From NCBI GenBank assembly GCA_964016885.1, contig OZ024741.1, positions 276,334,001 to 276,398,000 of the forward strand: a stretch of DNA of 64,000 nt, written 5' to 3'. Below the pieces are notes generated by a model. The model was given only the letters and a program-made list of their open reading frames with translations. It was not told the origin of the DNA and did not search any database. Both the position numbers and the translations under genes were made by a program. The DNA comes from Eledone cirrhosa. Taxonomy: Eukaryota. The first letter of the stretch is position 1. Every line of letters starts with the position of its first letter. Below are positions 57,531-64,000 of this stretch, piece after piece.

Positions 57531-58434
57531 ACACTTACTTTGTCACTAAGACGACCGGGTTTCAATATGGCAGACACACACAGTTACCTTGTCATGACTG
57601 CCAGATTTCAATATCGCAGACACACACACACCGTTACCTTGTTACGACTGCCAAATTTCAATATGGCAGACACACACACACCACACAGTTACCTTGTCAC
57701 AACGACTGCCAGGTTTCAATATGGCAGACACACACACACCACACACAGTTACCTTGTCACAACGACTGCCAGGTTTCAATATGGCAGACACACACACACC
57801 ATACAGTTACCTTGTCACGACTGCCCGGTTTCAATATGGCAGACACACACACACCACACACAGTTACCTTGTCATGACGACTGCCAGGTTTCAATATGGC
57901 AAACACACACACACACCACACACAGTTACCTTGTCACGACTGCCAGATTTCAATATGGCAGACACACACACAGTTACCTTGTCACGACTGCCAGATTTCA
58001 ATATCACAGACACACACACACCACACACAGTTACCTTGTCACGACTGCCAGATTTCAATATGGCAGACACACACACCACACAGTTACCTTGTCACAACGA
58101 CTGCCAGGTTTCAATATGGCAGACACACACCACACACAGTTACCTTGTCACGACGACTGCCAGGTTTCAATATGGCAAACACACACACACACACCACACA
58201 CAGTTACCTTGTCACGACTGCCAGGTTTCAATATGGAAAACACACACACACCACACACAGTTACCTTGTCACGACTGCCAGGTTTCAATATGGAAAACAC
58301 ACACACACACCACACACACTTACCTTGTCACGACAACTGCCAGGTTTCAATATGGCAGACACACACACACCCCACACAGTTACCTTGTCACGACGACTGC
58401 CAGGTTTCAATATGGCAAACACACACACACTTAC
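57531..58434 (-). repeat. ~50-60-bp minisatellite (~16 copies) derived from the HTT exon 3' end + splice donor
   Basis: Unit TGCCATATTGAAACCTGGCAGTCGTGACAAG|GTAACTGTGTG vs exon end TGCCATCTTGAAACCTGGAAGTCGTACTGACAAG|GTAAGTGTGTG. Confidence 0.92.
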
Positions 58435-58510
58435 CTTGTCAGTACGACTTCCAGGTTTCAAGATGGCAGGAGTCTTCCGTTCAATTCTCTTTTTAAACCA
58501 AGCAAGGCTA
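58435..58510 (-). CDS. HTT: Huntingtin exon 3 (SLAWFKKRIERKTPAILKPGSRTDK)
   Basis: ttttttcag acceptor, AAG|gtaagt donor, 76 nt; phases fit both neighbours. Positional match to human WFDV...KNRADK. Confidence 0.85.
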
Positions 58511-60243
58511 CTGAAAAAAATAGAATATCATCAATTATAATAATTGTTTCTACTTTTGGCACAAGGCCAGCAATTATCCAGTACATTACTGGTACTTTAT
58601 TTTATCGACCCCATAAGGATGAAAGGCAAAGTTAACCTCGGCGGGATTTGAACTCAGAATGGCAAGGGCCGTAACTCTATGCGTCAAAGCATGGCGTCCA
58701 ACCCTCTACCGATACTGCCATAATAATAATAAAAAATATAAAAATGTGAGATTTTAAAATGTCAGACATCACAGCTGAGGGGTTATGGGAGAAAGAGAGC
58801 TTGGTGGAAGTATGGGTGCTGTGATACCACATAAGTGGAAGGGCATTAGTGACAGGCGGGGAGGCCTGCATCTTTGACAGCGTGCGTCTATACTTCATGC
58901 CGAATGAAGAGAAAGAAGCATGCTGTTGAAGAAACAGACCTTATCACAAATGCCCTATGGGATGTCACATACTTTTAGCAAGGTCTCCATAACTGCAGAA
59001 TAACAGCACGTTAACTGTTTTAGAATCAATGTTTTCATGCTAACATGGATCAAAATGAGTAAAGAATTGCCAAGCAATCCAAGTAGAAGGAGTTTATGGA
59101 AGAGAAAGATTGAGGAAGACATGAGAAGTAGTGATGAAGTTAACTGTCAAAAGAGGATAGTGGACCTCATGAAGGAGATGAGGATGATGAACAACAGTAA
59201 GTAGTGAGACATTGTGTTGGAGAAAACCTGTCAAACCCATGATTTAGTCTGATCTGGTCTCTTACCATTCTCATAACAGAGTCAAGGACCTTGGACAATA
59301 GCACCAATGGTCATCTATATGATGTTGTATGCCCATGACTCTCATTGAGACAAAACAGTGACAGTAGTGGGTCCCAAATCCTCATGTGACCATTACTCGG
59401 AAACTGACTAAAAGATCTGCAGCTCATGCACTTTCATCACAAGGATGAAAGCCATTGGCTTTATGAAAGGTTGTCACCAAGGTGACTAACAAATCCCATC
59501 CATCTACCCCGGTTTTAAAATCAGTGATTTTTCTCTTAGACAGACTGCCAATCAAGGTTAACAAGTCTTGTCGACCTGTTTGAGGGAGAGGGGGGTGCTT
59601 ACACACCATTGGATGGCTGTTGACTCTCCTGAGTTACTTAGCTCTTTGACGGGCTTTGTTTTTCATCATGCAGGGTGTCCAAAAATCATCCTTCCCTCCA
59701 AGCAAACTTGGGGTTATCGATTTAGTCACTGATGACCTGAGTATGTGATAGGTTTAACTAGGTTACATGTTACTCTGAAGCACTACTGGTAACATGTTAT
59801 GAACACTCCCTCATAGTGGGACCACACGTACAATCCAGTCCCACACTGTAAACGTAGTTGGTGTTAGGAAGAGCCTCCAGCTGTAAAAATCCCAACCAAA
59901 TTTACAGTTCCGTTTGAGCAAGGTATGGCGCAGCCAACTGGTCAGACTTGTCTCATGATGAGGGCGACCCATCTAACCCATGTAAGCATGGAAAATAGAT
60001 ATTAAATGGGGATGATGATGATATCTCAGACATTTAGATATACATGAATAAGATAACTTATCACAATATGAGATTAGACTGATAAAAACATAGTGTAGGT
60101 GTAAATATTTGGAAAAAATATATATTTTTCACTTCTAAAAATTAAAATGTTAGACCTAAAAATTGTTATCTTTTTAACATCTCAGAAAAAAAATGATTCA
60201 TATATGTTACAATAATTTCAATGACAAAAACGTTAAGTCATAC

Positions 60244-60464
60244 TTTGTACTGTCCTCTTGGTCTGCCTGACCACTTCTGAAAGCAGCTCCTGCCAGACTC
60301 TGAGTGAACTGAGTATAGGGATGGGTAAAGCAACAATGGTATAAGCCAGGTTTCATGTTCGTCGACAAACGACTGCTTTTCCCATGCCGTAGATGGGAAC
60401 AGTTCATATTTTGGGGAAGCTCCCACTGGCTAGACAGGTTTGTACCAAAGAGTGCTTTCAGCAG
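60244..60464 (-). CDS. HTT: Huntingtin exon 2 (LLKALFGTNLSSQW...KPGLYHCCFTHPYTQFTQSLA...QEDST)
   Basis: tttcag acceptor, AA|gtatga donor, 221 nt. Matches human LLKTLFGTNLASQF...[21 protein letters not shown]. Confidence 0.93.
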
Positions 60465-61617
60465 CTGAAACCGAGAAAATACACAGAGAAAAAGTATGAA
60501 GTGATAAAGGAATGAGAAAACAATTTTGACAAATTTTGTTTCAAATTCACATTAAGTGCAAGTATTGCAGGAGCTGGTGCAGTAATGCGCCATCTTCAGC
60601 ATTTGGTAATCAGAAGAAGGAGGTAAGTGTAAAAGTCAAACTCGCTATCTTCAATTCAGTATTTGTGCCAACCCTTACCTAAGGTCAGGAATCTTGGATA
60701 ATAAGCAAAAGAATACAATCACGAATACAAGTGGCCGAAATGGGACTCTTCCAAAGGGTCTTTGGAGTAATGGTGCATAGCTCAGAGATAAGAGAGTCAC
60801 TCCAGGTAGAGCCACTACTTCTCCGAATTAAGAGATACTATGGGCATGTGGTTAGAATGTAGAAAGAATCTCTGGACAGATTTTACAGGCAAAACCAGCT
60901 GGCAGGTGACCCAGGGGTAGACCCCAAGCAAGATTGTTGGATAACATCCATGAACTTGACTGGTCTCGCTAGGGGATCCAGCTGGATCAGTTGGAGATGG
61001 TTGCTTCTGACAGGACCCACAGGAAGGAGTGTTTGAGGACTCTGCCCCAACGACCCTCTCAAGAATATGTGGACAAAGAAGAAGATACTTATACATGAAA
61101 AAACAATTTTTAAATGTTTAATATTTAAGATTGTTACACCAATCGAAACCAGTTACATTTAATGCAACAATTATAAAATTATTTCTTTCTGCCGATTAAA
61201 GAAAAAATAATCTTTAAATATACTTCTGTGCTTTTTCACTTTTTAACTATATATATATGCCAGACAAAGGGTCAGGAGAACCCTTCAGTCGTGTCAAGGG
61301 CATGACAACTTCCCTAGTGTTGGTGATTTACATGATTAAAAACACCCAATACACACTGTAAAGTGATAGGAAGGGCATAGAAATGTTGCCAAAAAAAGGG
61401 GTTGGGAGGACCCTCCAGCCATGTAAAGAGCATAACAACCTCTCCTGAACACTTGATAGAATGTGAGACAGTACATAAGTGAAACACAGATTCCTGGCTT
61501 GCTTTGGAAATCAGTGGCTCTGCTTCAGTATTGACTTCTATATAGACCTGTCTAACCCTTGCTAGCAGGGAAACTGGACATTAAGACAATGATGATATAA
61601 ATGTACAAAGAACAAAC

Positions 61618-61803
61618 CTGTTGAACACAGAGAACAGTGCTTGTGGCCTCCATTGAAAAGGTTGTCTTCAAGTAAGTAAGAAATTCTTCTGCATATTTTC
61701 CAATATCAAAAAGGGATGAAATTTCCAGTAATTTGGCAAACACTTCCAGTGCTACCTTTAATAAGCTGCCAAACTTGTCTGACACATTCAAATCCAGTGA
61801 GAT
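61618..61803 (-). CDS. HTT: Huntingtin internal exon 1 of 16 in window (ISLDLNVSDKFGSLLKVALEVF...STVLCVQQ)
   Basis: ttgtag acceptor, CAG|gtttgt donor, 186 nt. Matches recalled human HTT [22 protein letters not shown]...ATVCVQQ. Confidence 0.93.
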
Positions 61804-62371
61804 CTACAACCAAAGAAAGGTGCTTTACAAGATAAAAACCATCAAAACACTTGTCATATGAAGGGCAAAGAAATCAGATTCTTAATTAACCCTTTACATA
61901 CAAACCTTCCTCGACCTGTCCCCTATTTCTATAATACAAAAAATTCTATTTCAAAGTGTTCATTCTTAAATTAAAAACCTTTTATCATAATTTCATTTAA
62001 CCCTTATGGATGAAATGAAATTATGGATTATTTTATTACTAACATAGTAACTTTATGTAAGGTTCTTATATAAAATTATATTGGAAGACTTTAATTTAAC
62101 CCTTTAATGTTCAAACCGGCCAAAACGGCCAAAATTCTCTACCTCTTTCTATTCAAACTGGCTGTAACTGGCCACTCATACTGATGTTAAGGTATTGTTC
62201 TCAAAATAAATACTTTCAAAATCTCATAGATTCGATATTATGTGAGATAATTATGTGAGGTAAAGCCTTTACCATGAAAATATAATAGTATATATATAGA
62301 GTAATATGAATGCTAAAGCGTTAAATTGGAAACCTTTAAAATGCATGGGTTTTTTTCATAGAACTGAAATA

Positions 62372-62735
62372 AAGCAACCATGTTTTGTTGGATGTGCAAT
62401 GTAAATGTGATAAAAAAGCAGAGATTGGACAAGCTGAGGTTTAAGGGGAATCCGAGATGGTGCGCAGGAGAGAAGACTGCATTGGTATGGACATGTGATG
62501 CGCATATGGACAATGACCGATGAGTGAAGAAATGCTAGGAAATCCCAGTGGAAAGAGCTGCAACAAAAGACAACCAAGAAAGACCTGAGCAGAGGTGGTG
62601 AGCATGGACCTCAAATCACTAAGACTGGAAGAGGAGATGACAACGGAACGTGACAAGTGGAGAGCTGCGGTGCTGAGATGGACCTGTCCAACCCATGCAA
62701 GCATGGAAAAGCGGACGTGGTGATGATGACGATGA
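62372..62735 (+). mobile_element. Degenerate RTE LINE 3' fragment
   Basis: Homologous to 38290-38755 (TGGTATGGACATGTGATGCG; AAAAGCGGACGT(GAT)n). Confidence 0.8.
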
Positions 62736-64000
62736 CAACGACGAGGAGGAGAATTCTAGCTTGAATTTCAAGCCCATCAAAAGTAGTATCCATGTAATAG
62801 TCGACCCCATAAATTCAACCTTAAGAAACAGTCTACAAAATTGAACTTTTACACAAGTATATACAGTTGAGATCCAATATGTAATTCAAAATTTAAAAGC
62901 TTCAACAAACCTTATAATTTGAGTAAGCACCTTTCAACACCTCATAAACTCTCATATATTGAGGTAAATTATAAAATGTTCCAAGACCTTCTTTTCGATT
63001 TTTTTCCCGTTCAACTTCTTTTTCGCGTTCTAAAAGAAGATTTAAAAATTATCAAAACAATTTGTTTGATTTAAAAAAAAGATAAAATAAAGAGATGAAA
63101 GTGTAAAACATTTGAAAAAAGATCTTTTAATGGGAATGTATGTGTGAATAGAAATTAATAGAAAGAACAAGTAACCTTTATTACATAGATATCAATCCTC
63201 CTGCCATACAGCTACACCACCCCTTACCTTCCTATTATACACACCTTGCTGCCGTTCCATTCTATTGCTCAATACACCACCTCTATTTGTCCTAGATATA
63301 CTACATGAAGACAACCAAGTACAATTCGATTCCTGGCAGTATACCCTGTAAAGTGGTAGTGGTGCTACTACAAAAAAATACACCCAGTATACCCTGTAAA
63401 GTGGTAGTGCTGGTACCACAATAAAATACATCCAGTACACTCTGTAAAGTGGTCATCCTGATGCCACAATAAAATACACCCAGTACACTCCGTAAAGTGG
63501 TAGTGCTGGTGCTACAATAAAATACACCCAGTACACTCTATAAAATGGTAGTGTTGTTACTACAAAAAAACATGCACACAGTAAAGTAGGCAATGATAGG
63601 AAAGGCTGTAGAAAATCTACCAAAGAAGGGTTGGCAGGACTCTTCATTTGTATCAAAAACATGACAACTTCCTTGGAAATACATACATATATATATATAT
63701 AAATATATATATCTATGTATATAATAAAAGTAACAAAGATTGCTGGTATAAATTCAGTGTCCTCCAGCAAGCGTCTAGCTCACTCAATGAATCCAGTGAA
63801 TTGAGGTAATGTAGCTGTGAGAAAAACCACAAACCTTCCATCTCAACTGCGAAACCGGTAAAGGAACCAAATAAATATATTTTTTTTTAAAAAGACTCCA
63901 GTTGCATTTTCGATTTCATCTTTTTTCCTTATACTTTCACTCGTGTAGAACACCTCAGTTTTTCTTCATTTTGTAAAAAAACCTCACTTTCTAACATATA

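Noticed and set aside
57540-58635. Plus-strand 200-318 aa repetitive ORFs
   Set aside because: Antisense read-through of the exon-derived minisatellite; no independent coding evidence.
63730-63850. Open frame after a minus-strand acceptor-like site, as a possible upstream HTT exon
   Set aside because: Translation shows no recognisable HTT similarity and no clear donor.

Overview
Eukaryotic, AT-rich, repeat-saturated animal genomic DNA; the repeat repertoire (RTE LINEs with (GAT)n tails, tRNA/CORE-type SINEs, multi-kb (TA)n arrays) suggests an octopod cephalopod (inference). The only host gene is huntingtin (HTT) on the minus strand: I read 16 consecutive GT-AG exons by hand between 61803 and 28800. 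They give 2334 nt = 778 codons with compatible phases, matching the middle HEAT/bridge region of HTT. I found no further HTT exons between 28800 and the 200-N gap (23614-23813) or in 1-23613. The rest is transposon-derived: several RTE LINE families (one with a PHD finger inside the RT), three CRE-like endonuclease relics, a deleted mariner, a hAT element, piggyBac-type MITEs, a solo LTR, SINEs, satellites and microsatellites. Most notable: (1) a minisatellite built from an HTT exon end plus splice donor that offers in-frame alternative donors; (2) the same boundary duplication at two other exons; (3) three minimal type I hammerhead ribozyme motifs; (4) a C4HC3 PHD finger inside the RTE reverse transcriptase; (5) 85-bp satellites growing inside piggyBac-type MITEs. 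Exon coordinates are base-counted; most repeat boundaries are approximate.
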